Below are positions 10,671-22,802 of a DNA stretch of 64,000 bases, one piece after another. The notes beneath the pieces were generated by a model. That model was given only the letters and a program-made list of their open reading frames with translations, had not been told where the DNA came from and ran no database searches. Both the position numbers and the translations under genes were made by a program. The DNA is taken from contig NW_027361794.1 of assembly GCF_039654945.1 (NCBI RefSeq), positions 18,104,001 to 18,168,000 of the forward strand, read 5' to 3'. The stretch's first letter is position 1. Each line of letters begins with the position of its first letter. The stretch comes from Dendrobates tinctorius (lineage: Eukaryota).

Positions 10671-13455
10671 TCCTAGCCATGGCAATACCACCAGTGCCAC
10701 GTACAGCAGCAGTGACACCAGCTGCAGAAAGGCAGATTGTTCCTCAGGCTGCAATTGTACCTCAACCAGCACTCAATCCATCATCATTGCCAACAATAGG
10801 ACAGGAGGAGACTTTACCAGATGAAGCTCCGCAAGCAGTATATACCCAGGCTGCTACAGCAATCATAATCCATCCAAGACGCAGTAGTCCTGAAGTTCTT
10901 CCCTGGAAGCAAGGGAACCAAACAGCTTCAATGTAACCAGGAGGTTGTATCATTCAGCCCCATTAAAATGAACAGAGACTAGGGCAAGTCCGTTGTAAAT
11001 AGTTAGACCCAGGGGGGCTTTGGCAACATATTATACCTGATTATGTTTTATAGTCATAAGGAGAAAAAGAAGTAGAGACAATGGGATCATGAACAGTGAG
11101 TGATCAAAACTTTCTTTGTATATAGTTTAGCACCTATTCAGGTGCTCCTTCTTGGTTTTACACGTGCCTTTTAAAATACAGAGACTTCATCATTGCACAA
11201 CAACTACAGACCTAAAGAAAAACCTGTTAGGTGTGGCCGAAGATGAGGTCTAAAGGGGAAACCAGTTATATCTTGCCGCTCACCCAAAACCAACGTTGGA
11301 GGTTTTGAGCGGGTCCTCCATACAGCACAAGGACACTAGAAGATACCCCGGCTGGGATAGAATCTGCCACTTACCTCAAATAATGACAGCTTTTTGACTG
11401 TAACTAATAATGTTATTATGATTGTAAATATTATACTATGTATAGGAAACGGTATATTGATAGTGTATAGGATTATTGTGAAAATCTAGTATAGCATTGG
11501 TAGAGTATCAGAACTAATAGGTATCAGTAGATTATTAAGTAGGGAACTGGCTTTTTGTAAAATATGGTGAATGTCTAATAGTAAATGAGAGAAGTATTGT
11601 TTCTGGGACAAGGTGTCCAGAGCAGGTGGCGAACCATTTAACAACGGTTGTCACCCAAACAGTTTAGGGACATGTGTTAGTATTGTATAGATAGATGTAA
11701 GACATAAGGAATAATGATAGTATTTCAGCAGGGATAGTGTGCCCTGACTTGGTAACGAACTTCACAGTTGGTAATGGTTGCTGCCAGTAGCACTTTAGAA
11801 TATAGAAGATAGGAATGGATAACTATCTAGGATGTAAGATAGTAGTAAGATATAGATAATGTAAGGTAATGTTATCATGTAACGTTGAAGTGAGAGAGTG
11901 TCTCTCATAAAGGGAAGTTGAGTTTGAATATGTTTTCCCTGATAACACGTGTTTAATTTGTTTGTATGTTCCCCTGTAACATCATGTACTCTGTTCCAGC
12001 CCGCGAATGTGCTGCGTTTAATGGGGGGGTTATGTGGCTCCCCTGAGGGTCCAGTCGCCACAGAGGTACTGCACCTCAACCAGAGGTGTAGTATCCCACC
12101 TTTCAGGTAAGATGGAGACACCAGACCTGGCTCTTACACAACACTGCATCCACCACAGCCGCAGGTGATGTGCTTCACCATCCCTGCTGGCTAGGAAAGG
12201 GTGTTAGAAGGTGGGTGGAGCTGGAAGGTTGAAGTGGGAGAATAGAAGGGAAGTTAGGATCAGGCTTCCCGTATGGGAAAGACGTGCATAGGCAACCTTC
12301 CCGTAGGGGAAGGTGGGAAGACAAAGAATTGTACAGCAGACCCCTGCTCTGAGGGCCTGCTGGTATGGAGTGAAGGACTGAAAGAAGCTCCCTGAAGGGG
12401 AAAGGGGTTTCCCAGAGGCACGGGTAGAGAGTGCTCATTCAGAAAGGATCTGTGAGCAATTGTATGCATTTTACATTGAAATCAATAAGACCCAACTCTC
12501 TTGTTTTCCTCATAATGGGCTCATTTACATTAAAAAAAATGTGCGACAAATAATGTCTATTGGACTCTCAGAATCTGAGCCATGATTGTCTAGTGTATGG
12601 TGCATCCTATCGATCTCCAGCTCCTTATCAATAGGATCACCAAGGATAGTATTGAATAAAGTGAGCAGTGTCTGCATAATCACTTGTGCATTGATGCTTT
12701 CAGGTATACCTCTTATCCAGATATTATTGTGATTTTCTTGGTCATCAACCATATTATACAGACTGTTTATTTGCTGGCTGTGAAGATCCAGTGTTAGTTT
12801 ATGAGCATTTTGATGGTCCAAAACTTGTAAACATCATCCTGTAATCTCTGTACCTTGACAGTAAGCTGTGACAGGCTATAAGTGAGGGAACATATTTTCA
12901 GTTTTGTATGTGGTCTCCAGCCTTTGTATATATTGCTCCATGTCTTGTTTAGTAGGCATAGATGCAATACGGTATACAAATCAATTATGGTGTTCCACAT
13001 ATCAGAATCCCCTGTGGTTTGGGAGGGGGGGAGGTAAATTCCCCTGTGAAGCAAACATTGCTCAGTATGTGGGCATCGGTGAGAACACAAGAAGATTTGT
13101 GGAGCTGTTTTCTTGTGAGACCGACATTAAGAAAGGAGAAATTGCAAGACTTTCATAATGTAAGACAGCTCAAGCCTGTGAGTTAAGTGCTTTTTCCAAG
13201 CTGAGGCAGTAATGGCACCAGAGTGGGAAGATGTGCCCTTTGATAAGAAATGCGGGAATGTGAATCGCGACACCAATTAATCAGCATAGGCATGGAAGGA
13301 GAGTATGATTGTTTATATTTTAAAGAGACCGAACATGAGAAATGATAAGATACACTTTTTGGTTAAAAAATTCTGAAGATGAAAAAGGCTTCTCCCCTGT
13401 TTGACTACTCTGAAGTTTATTAAGAGTTAAATTTCCAAATAAAACTTTTCCCGCA

Positions 13456-16400
13456 TTAGGAACATGAAAAAAGCTTCTCCCCCGTGTGACTGCTCTGATG
13501 GCTAAAAAGAGATGATTTCCTCTCAAAACATTTTCCACATTCTGAACATGAAAAAGGCTTCTCCCCTGTGTGAGTACTCTGATGTGTGTTAAGATTTGAT
13601 TTATCTGTAAAACATTTCCCACATTCTGAACATGAAAAAGGCTTCTCCCCTGTGTGAATTCTCTGATGTTTGATAAGATGTGATTTATGGTTAAAACATT
13701 TCCCATATTCTGAACAGGAAAAAGGCTTCTCCCCTGTGTGAGTTCTCTGATGTGTGATAAGATTTGATTTCCGTGTAAAATATTTCCCACATTCTGAACA
13801 TGAAAATGGCTTCTCCCCTATGTGAGCACTCTGATGTGTGATAAGATTTGATTTCCGTGTAAAATATTTCCCACATTCTGAACATGAAAATGGCTTCTCC
13901 CCTATGTGAGTTCTCTGATGTGTGATAAGATTTGATTTCCGTGTAAAATATTTCCCACATTCTGAACATGAAAATGGCTTCTCCCCTGTGTGAGTTCTCT
14001 GATGTGTGATATGATTTGATTTACCTGTAAAACATTTCCCACATTCTGAACAGGAAAAAGGCTTCTTCCCTGTGTGAGTTCTCTGATGTGTGATAAGATT
14101 TGATTTATCTGTAAAACATTTCCCACATTCTGAACATGAAAAAGGCTTCTCCCCTGTGTGAGTTATCTGGTGTGTAACTAGATGTGATTTCTGGTTAAAA
14201 CATTTCCCACACTTTGAACAAGAAAATCTATTCTCCTCTGTGTGAATTTTTTGATATTTAAGAAACGACTTTTCGAGGGGAAAACTATTTACATATTCAG
14301 AACTTGAGAATGGTTTCTTTGCTTTATAAGTTTGTTTTTTAATGCTTATTTTGTGACTTTGAGTTTCCTCAGGGGTCAGTAATGAATCAGAAGACAGGAC
14401 CTGTTTCAAAGGATCAGAAGGTCGATCTTTGCTTTGAAGGGATGATGGAATATCTGGATTAATGGCATTCACTTCAGTGGTATCCTGTGTAATCTCAAGA
14501 TCATCTGATTTAAAAATTGAAGATGTCAGCTGTCCCCCTGATCTCCTGGTACAGTCATTTGCCAAGAATAAAACCAATTATTATTTTTGAATAAAATCAT
14601 TGAAATTTATAAAAGGTGTAATATTTTTATGCAGTTTCTCACGACCCTGTTTGAAGTTATTCATTTTTAAATTGAAAAGTAAGGATGAAGGAAAACTCTG
14701 TTGTTATTGTACAGAAATTCACACTTGGCCTCACTGCACATTTAATGTTAGTGATCATAAAAGAGAAGTTTGGCCGGAAAGACTGGACCTGGTCTTGTAG
14801 GGACCATATGAGCACATTCAGTAGCACAGAAGGGAGAGAAGCTAGATTCATCCAATAAAATATCAGGGATCTAGGAAGCCAACAGCATCATTACCTTCCA
14901 CTTTCTCTTACAGACCCATCATAATATTTTTCTTCAAGTGATTTTCTAACTTGTCAGCACATTCTATGTACACTGTCATTTGGCTTTTTAGTTTTCAGAT
15001 CTGAGCAGGTAATGATCAGCGTCTTCTAATCCCAGGTAGTAAGTGGATCCTCAAGGTTGTAACTTCTATAGAAAAGGGCTTTCAATGACCAACGTCATCT
15101 GAACTGTTTTGGGTGGTGGAAAACGTTGTCTAGCGGCAAAATGGTGATCACACGATTGTATAATATATATATGGGGAAAGACAACCAAGCCGTCAGGAAA
15201 ATCAATCAATAATATCATAAAACCTGAGGCTTTAGAAAATGATTTTTGAATATGCAAATTTTATTTTTCAGTCACACAGAGCCCAACGTTTCGGCCGAGC
15301 AGGCCTTTATCAAGGGTTTTTATCTTTAAAAAATATAACAATAATGTAAAATTAGGAATCATGTCTAAGAATGACACAAAATGAAATAAGTACAGTATCA
15401 CTGACTGACATATTAGTGCGAGTGAAAAAAGTTTATTATAAAAGAAAACATCTGGTCAATATTGGTCAATATACGCAATACATTGACAAAATTTACAGAA
15501 ATAACGAAAAAGATTATTTTCCTCTCAGGAGTAAGGACTCCATCATCAGAATAAATCCTCACAATAAATCAATAAGTACAATCTGTAAATAAAAGGGAAA
15601 AAAGAGGGGAGAGAACAGTTACTCAAATACCATAAATAAAATACAGCCTAACGCAGCTTAAAGGTACCATAGAGGAAATGTGCAACAAGTAAAAGGATAT
15701 AAGTACCTGTGTGGCTATATATTGAAGTTTCAAAAGCTTTAAAGACAGAAGAGGAGAACAAAAGGGTAAAAATATTATCACCGTTATCTGTTGTACTTGA
15801 AAAGATCCTTTCTCCTGTCTTACATTTGATCCCCTCATGGCTTAGAGATACATCACATTTTTTGTCTTGCATTAGGGATTTGAATTTAACTTCGGTTAAT
15901 TGTTACTTGGTGACATTAGAGGTCACTAGTTTATATACTATTATTAGCTATACAAGGGGTATTCAAGCCGTAAAAATATTTTTAGAAAATAAAACGGATT
16001 TTTCTAGCGACATTCAATCTTTTTGTATTTCTATGTTGACTCTCATTCTAACAAAGAATTTTTTCTTATTTGAGGATCAGTTTTTTATTCAATTAACTGG
16101 CACTGCAATGGGTTCAAATGTGGTGCCCCTATATGCCAATATTTTTATGGCAGAATTTGAATTAGAGTTTGTCTACCCACATGTTCTCTTCCAACAGTAC
16201 TCGGTACTGTGGAAGAGATACACAGACGACATTTTTCTCATCTGGACGAGTGACTTGGTTTCTCTTAAGAGTTTTTTCCAAGATATTAATACAAAAGTTG
16301 CAGGTTTATCTTTCACTATGCAATATAATTCAGTTTCTATTCCTTTTCTTGACACCTGGGTTATTAGAGATATTGATGGTTCCCTTTCCACTGATTTGTT

Positions 16401-19400
16401 TGTAAAACCAATGGACAAAAATAGTCTCCTACATTTCACTAGCTGTCATCCGAAACACATAAAAAAAAATCTCTCCCAAGATCACAATTTTGCCGTATTA
16501 ACCATATTGTGTCTGATAATCTTAATCGTGTTGGTCGTTTTGCTGAAATGAAATCCAAATTCGAATCCTGAGGATATCCCGATTCCCTGTTGTCTTTTTC
16601 TCCTCCATCTATATCTAGTCATGCAACTAAAATTAATAGGGTGGCCTTCGTTAACACATACCATCCCTTCATGTATCTCATCCATAAGGTTATTCGTCGA
16701 CACTGGCCACTCCTCTCTAATTCTTATCCTCAGATACCCCAATTTTAAGCTCCACCTTTGATTTGTCACAAAAAACCTCCTAACTTACGCAATCTTTTAG
16801 TAAGGGCAGACATTGGTAGTTCCCGTGATTCAAGAAGACAAATTTTATTTAGGCCATTGCGCAAAGGGACTTTTCCTTGCTTGCATTGTTTGCAATGTTC
16901 CAAAATTACTAAAGGGGACACCTTTACCCATCCCAGATCGGGAAAGATTTTTCCAATTAAGGACTATTACAATTGTGACTTATCATATGTAATATATTTC
17001 ATAAAATGCCCATGCGGTCTCGGATATGTTGGAGAGACTACCCAACATATCCAAGACCGTATCTCTCAACATAAATCCACTATCAGCTGTAAGAGAACTT
17101 TGTTACCCATTTCAGCTCATTTTATTTCTCATAACCACAATATTTCTAAGCTTTGTTATCAAGTAATTGACAGTGTACCTCTGGCTAGACGAGGTGGCAA
17201 CAGGATACAAAGACTGAAAGAGAGTCCTATTGGATTTTTGTTCTTCAAACATTGGAACCTTTTGGCCTTAATAGGGAGTATGAGGTTTTTTATTGATTTT
17301 TTTCTCCAGGTTTTCTCCATTTTAATTTTATTTTAACTTCCATTATGATAATGTGGAGTTTTGGTGCCTTGATCTTTTTATAGAGAGCACTATATTTACC
17401 TTATAATATTAGTTATTTTGGATATATATGTGTGATAGGGAAACCCTGATTCTTTGGGGTCCTTTCATACACTCTTAGGGTCTCACTCTCCATACTTCTA
17501 TGATATTAGCTGACAGAGGAGAGATCAACTCTCACCTAATCCTGTTATTCTTGCCTCTTACCTCTATAACTCTTATGATTCATGTAACTAAAAGAACATA
17601 TCACGAGTTCCATGTAGGCCTAAGGTAGATAATGAGTACATAGTCTTAGAAATAGATAGATAAAGGGGCTATGAACCCTTATTAAGACAGGTTAATGAGG
17701 CTAATGTTAGGGTATTGTATAACCAATACCTGTTTCCACCTTTTTCTGGAAATTCCCGAATGTATCTAATAATTAACAGCCGAGTACAATCTGATTGGTT
17801 GCCGAATATGAATATGATTGGTTGAAACCATTTATGCTTACTCTTGAATAATCAACTGTCCAATGGAATATGATGATGTAATGTAACCGCCTACTCAAAA
17901 GAGTATATAAACTTGATCTGATTAAACAGCCGTGTGGCATTTTGCAGATACATAACCTGTCTCTGTATTGATCTGTCACCTTGCCCGGGCAACAAGCTAT
18001 CAATCTGGCTACCATCCGGTATATCTAAAGATCTCACGTTGAGAGATAAAGATCAAACTCGTCATATGTATGTGTATACATGTATCCCTCAATATGTGTA
18101 CACATGCAAACATTCGTAGGTTTTCTCATAAGTAACATGTTATGAGCATTGTATAGGTATTTATATAAGTGCCTCATATGTGTCTATGTAATATAAGAAT
18201 AATTTTTTCTTTCTCTTTTTATTCTTTTACAGACCTAATCGCGGAAGGAAGGTACCCACTTTCGGTTCTGATCTTTTTCACTTGGTGGTGTTTTCCCCCC
18301 TTTTCTTTTTTCTTTCCCTCCCTCTATTTCTTGTTTTTATAACAATTTTACACATACATGCGATATAGACCTTCATATTTGACCTGGCTCAGATATATGT
18401 AATATAATATACTTATAATTATACACATATTTTCTCCTCTTTTCGTTATTTCTAGCGCTTGCGCTGTAGCGGTCATTATTTATACATTATCACTCCTCCT
18501 TGCCACACTTCCGATTTCGGACATGATTATGCCCCACTTCCGTCCAGAGGGACGGTCTGCATACGCGCGGTTAAACATGAAGCTTCTCTGACACACTTTC
18601 TTTTTACTCGTACAGATCATGCCCCACTTCCGTCCGGAGAGACGGTTTGCGCATGCGCGATATTGGCGATATTGCACGCCTGTACCCCTCCAGCTGTAGT
18701 GCATTTGTGTCATGAGTAGAATATAAAAGAGACACAAGTTCCGGCCCATACACATGAACACACTCCACAGGCAGCGGCGCAGTCCCATGTTACCGCATTT
18801 CTCGTTCTAGGTTTGTAAATATTAGCTATATACCGCTTATATTACAATATACTTACAATGCTTTCTTCTGTCATACTCTGGTTTTTACCTTATTTTTACC
18901 CTTATTTTCTCCTCTTCTTTCTTAGAGCTTTTGAAACTTCAATATATAGCCACACAGGTACTTATATCCTTTTACTTTTTGCACATTTCCTCTATGGTAC
19001 CTTTAAGCTGCGTTAGGCTGTATTTTATTTATGGTATTTGAGTAACTTCTCTCCCCACTTTTCCTCTTTTTTTTACAGATTGTACTTATTGATTTATTGT
19101 GAGGATTTATTCTGATGATGGAGTCCTTACTCCTGAGAGGAAAAAAATCTTTTCCGTTATTTCTGTTCAATGTATTGCGTATATTGATTAGACGTCTTCT
19201 TTTTGTAATGATCCAGGTTGGATCTGACAGATAAATGTTCAAGTAACCTTTTTTTTCCTTGAGCTGTGTGCTCGGCGTTGGTTTTGCCCTCAGTGGCCAT
19301 TAGGGTCATTGCACTGTGGTGGTTTCAGTTCTAGTTTGCCCCCGGTGGCCGTTAGGGTCATTGCACTGTGGTGGTTTCAGTTCTAGTTTGCCCCCGGTGG

Positions 19401-21762
19401 CCGTTAGGGTCATTGCACACTGGTTACTTTGGTTTATTGCACGTTATTATTTAGCAGGTGTGACTGCTCTGGCTGACCTATAAAAGAGTGTCAGGTGTTG
19501 CAATCAGCGTGGGTGATATTGCTCAGTTGCAACCAAGCCTTGGTGAAGGAAGGAGCTGGAGGAGAGTCCCGGGCATCTCAGTCAGAGTCCTGGAGTGGCA
19601 GCTATGGTGTCAGCGAGGAGTGCTTGCATAGCTTGGTGGAGTGGCAGCTATGGTGTCAGTGAGGAGTTCTTGCAAAGCTTGGTGGAGTGGCAGCTATGGT
19701 GTAAAGCTGCAATCATGATGCTGGACTTTGTTGCTGGAAAGCTACACTTGGATGCTGGACTTTGTTTCTGGACTGCTGCACTCAGGTTCTGGACTCTGTT
19801 GCTCCAAGGCTGCATGCTGGTGTTGGACCCGGTGGGAAGAAAAGGTGCACTCAGGTGTTGGACTCTGTTGCTGAGAGCATAGAAACAGAGCAAAGCTAAG
19901 TGGTGTTTCTCTGTTTTGTCACTTTCCTCAGTGTGTGTTTAGTGCAGTGGTGGGATTAGTTTCTGCACCGTCCACTTCACTAGTAAGGGACTGGCGCAGG
20001 GAGAGTTAGGGATTTTAGGTTCCTGATCGGCGCCCGGTGCGGAACCGGCCTGGGGTTCGTGAGGAGTGCAGGGACACTGGCTCAGGGGAGTGCAGGAGGT
20101 CTCCACGTCCCCGTTCCCTATCGCAGGGCCCTCCATTGTATCGGTTTCCCTGGTGTTTCCTTTTATTGTTTAAATTAGCCCTCCTGGAGGCGGTGTATCC
20201 AGAGATACGTGTATACTGAAATTCGTCTGCTGGAGGCGGGGTATCCAGCTGCACGTTGTATTATTTAAATTCGCCCTGCTGGCGGCGGTGTATCCAGGGT
20301 CACGCGTGTCATATAAATTCGCCCTGCTGGAGGCGGTGTGTCCTGCCACACGTGACCATGACACTTTTATTATAAACTTTTTTTCACTCGCACTAATATG
20401 TCAGTCAGTGATACTGTACTTATTTCATTTTGTGCCATTCTTAGACAGGATTCATTTATTTTATATTATTGTTATATTTTGTTTAGATAAATACCCTTGA
20501 TAAAGGCCTGCTCGGCCAAGACGTTGGGCTCTGTGTGACTAATAAAATTTGCATATTCAAAAATCATTTTCTAAACGGTGAGGTTTTATGATAGTATTGA
20601 TCACACGATTGTGATACGGCCTGACTACACCACCGGTAAAGCCGCCATAGCCGGTGACTAAGAAGAATCTCTGACTTGTCTATATTTAGTGGTCAGTACT
20701 CACCCGACCGGTTATAAGCAGTAATCTCCTCTTTACATCTCTCATCACCCCTCACACATGTCTCTGTAGTATTAATATGGGTCAGATCTTCACCCTAAAA
20801 TAAATATTGTAAAAGTCACAGATGGAGAAGTCACATCTATGATCAGCTCTAATCCTGCCATCTCCACCGCTCTCATTACACAAGTATAAAACATATAATA
20901 CTGGGGGATAAAACAAGACTGAGCACAAGACCTTCACAGCCGTCTACACATCATAGGGGAGATCTCATAACACCTTCTCTCCATCTACCTGATGATCCTG
21001 AGGAACATTGGGATCTCCATGTTTACAGTCCTGTGGAAGAAGAGGACGGGGACATCTCTCTGGTATTGTCCTCTTACTGGACAGGTCTGGAAGAAACACA
21101 TACAGGGACTGAATTCATTCTTTACATACAGATAATTATAGGCCGTGTGTATTTAGTCCTGTCTATTACCTGATGATGTGAGGGGCTGGGGAACCTCCAT
21201 CACGACATCCTTGTACAGATCTTTGTGTCGTTCGAAATACCCCCACTCCTCCATGGAGAAATAGACAGCGACATCCTGACACCTTATAGGAACCTGACAC
21301 ATACAATGATACCGTCATGCCCTGATCCCTTCATAGTGTTACTGTATAATGTCCCAGCATTCCCAGCAGTGTCACCTCTCCAGTCAGCAGCTCAATCATC
21401 TTGTAGGTGAGTTCTAGGATCTTCTCGTCATTGATGTCATCATGTATCAGGGGGTGAGGTGGAGGCCCCATGATTGGGTTCAGGGGTCTTCTCAATCTCT
21501 CAGACACAGGGTTCTGACAGCGCCCACTAGAGGTCTTCTTCACTACTGTGTAATCCTGGTTATGGACAGACACAATAATAAACCTCACTACAGACATTCC
21601 CAGAGTCCTCACCTCTCCAGTTCTGTCCATCTGTTATTCCCATAGATAAGAATGATGTAATGTGACGTCATCAGAATCTCTCACCTCTCCAGTAAGCCGG
21701 AAGAGGATCTCTAGGGTGAGGTGTAATATCCTCTCCGCCATCTTGTCTCTGTCCATATCCAT
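13456..21762 (-). CDS. KRAB C2H2 zinc-finger gene (oocyte/gastrula ZF-like), left copy. Coding exons 21762-21685, 21555-21376, 21293-21170, 21086-20989, 20794-20704, 14558-13456. Last-exon acceptor mutated, so possibly a pseudogene.
   Basis: Phase-consistent exons encode [26 protein letters not shown] / [10 protein letters not shown]... / KRAB-A-like [30 protein letters not shown] / ... / 9 C2H2 repeats with TGEKPF linkers. The acceptor at 14560-14559 reads AA. Confidence 0.88.
15282..15316 (-). ncRNA. Minimal hammerhead ribozyme variant (U3-A8) in the PLE1 pseudo-LTR
   Basis: CCC-TTGATAA-A-GGCC-TGCTC-GGCC-GAA-ACGT-T-GGG. The tail copy at 20494-20528 has its GAAA motif mutated. Confidence 0.7.
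19204..20363. mobile_element. Solo LTR inserted in the PLE1 3' tail
   Basis: TGTAATG...CATGACA termini and a 5-bp TSD CTTTT on both sides. It is absent from the inverted pseudo-LTR copy of the same sequence. Confidence 0.88.
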
Positions 21763-21864
21763 CCTTGATGGGTAAAACAGGAAAATTCTCTTAAGTAGAA
21801 GATCTTCACTGAGAGGATCCGATATTGTAGAGAAATGAATGAGAAGATGAGCCGATGTAACATC

Positions 21865-22802
21865 ATAGAGAATAATGGGGCCTCCAGCACCGACCTCCAC
21901 TCGCAGAGCCGCACTCCACATAGAGAATAATGGAGCCTCCAGCACCGACCTCCACCCGCAGAGCCGCACTCCACATAGAGAATAATGGAGCCTCCAGCAC
22001 CGACCTCCACCCACAGAGCCGCGCTCCACATAGAGAATAATGGAGCCTCCAGCACCGACCTCCACCCGCAGAGCCGCACTCCACATAGAGAATAATGGGG
22101 CCTCCGGCACCGACCTCCACCCGCAGAGCCGCACTCCACATAGAGAATAATGGAGCCTCCAGCACCGACCTCCACCCGCAGAGCCGCACTCCACATAGAG
22201 AATAATGGAGCCTCCAGCACCGACCTCCACCCGCAGAGCCGCACTCCACATAGAGAATAATGGAGCCTCAGGCACCAACCTCCACCCTCAGAGCCGCACT
22301 CCACATAGAGAATAATGGAGCCTCCGGCACCGACCTCCACCCGCAGAGCCGCACTCCACATAGAGAATAATGGAGCCTCCGGCACCGACCTCCACCCGCA
22401 GAGCCGCACTCCACATAGAGAATAATGGCGCCTCCGGCACCGACCTCCACCCGCAGAGCCGCACTCCACATAGAGAATAATGGAGCCTCCAGCACCGACC
22501 TCCACCCACAGAGCCGCACTCCACATAGAGAATAATGGAGCCTCCCGCACCGACCTCCACCCACAGAGCCGCACTCCACATAGAGAATAATGGAGCCTCC
22601 AGCACCGACCTCCACCCGCAGAGCCGCACTCCACATAGAGAATAATGGAGCCTCCGGCACCGACCTCCACCCGCAGAGCCGCACTCCACATAGAGAATAA
22701 TGGAGCCTCCAGCACCGACCTCCACCCGCAGAGCCGCACTCCACATAGAGAATAATGGAGCCTCCGGCACTGACCTCCACCCGCAGAGCCGCACTCCACA
22801 TA
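21865..22802 (-). repeat. 55-bp minisatellite, about 17 copies
   Basis: Unit (gene sense) ATGTGGAGTGCGGCTCTGCGGGTGGAGGTCGGTGCTGGAGGCTCCATTATTCTCT. Confidence 0.97.

Larger units (their letters stand above)
8029..12436 (+). mobile_element. Non-autonomous LTR retroelement: 5' LTR 8029-9275, PBS, internal region with a cold-shock-domain ORF, PPT, truncated 3' LTR 12033-12436
   Basis: The LTR begins TGTGGCGCCC and ends GGGCGCTCCA. Its first roughly 400 bp recur as a direct repeat from 12033, preceded by a G-tract (AATGGGGGGGTTA). No protease, RT or integrase motifs were seen. Confidence 0.9.
6423..13346 (-). mobile_element. Decayed L1-clade LINE remnant hosting a nested MITE and an LTR element
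   Basis: ORF1-like VDDQENHNNIWIRGIPESI...ELEIDRMHHTL...IDIICR at 12525-12821 and a possible ORF1 C-terminus (FCDALDIP) at about 7950-8028. ORF2 C-terminal-like YLQIRH at about 7200-7220 and EEQW...IHRVYKSP at about 6425-6530. Boundaries are inferred from the interrupted zinc finger. Confidence 0.65.
15160..20597 (+). mobile_element. Penelope-like element 1 (Neptune-type), 5'-truncated, with an inverted upstream pseudo-LTR (about 15200-15774)
   Basis: RT fragment ([30 protein letters not shown]) and CxxCxxC plus GIY-YIG ([17 protein letters not shown]) at 16758-17336. About 15200-15774 is the reverse complement of the 3' tail. 15-bp TSD TGATCACACGATTGT at 15145-15159 and 20598-20612. Confidence 0.92.

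Noticed and set aside
21865-22802. CRISPR-like regular repeat
   Set aside because: Units are contiguous with no unique spacers, there are no cas genes, and the context is eukaryotic.
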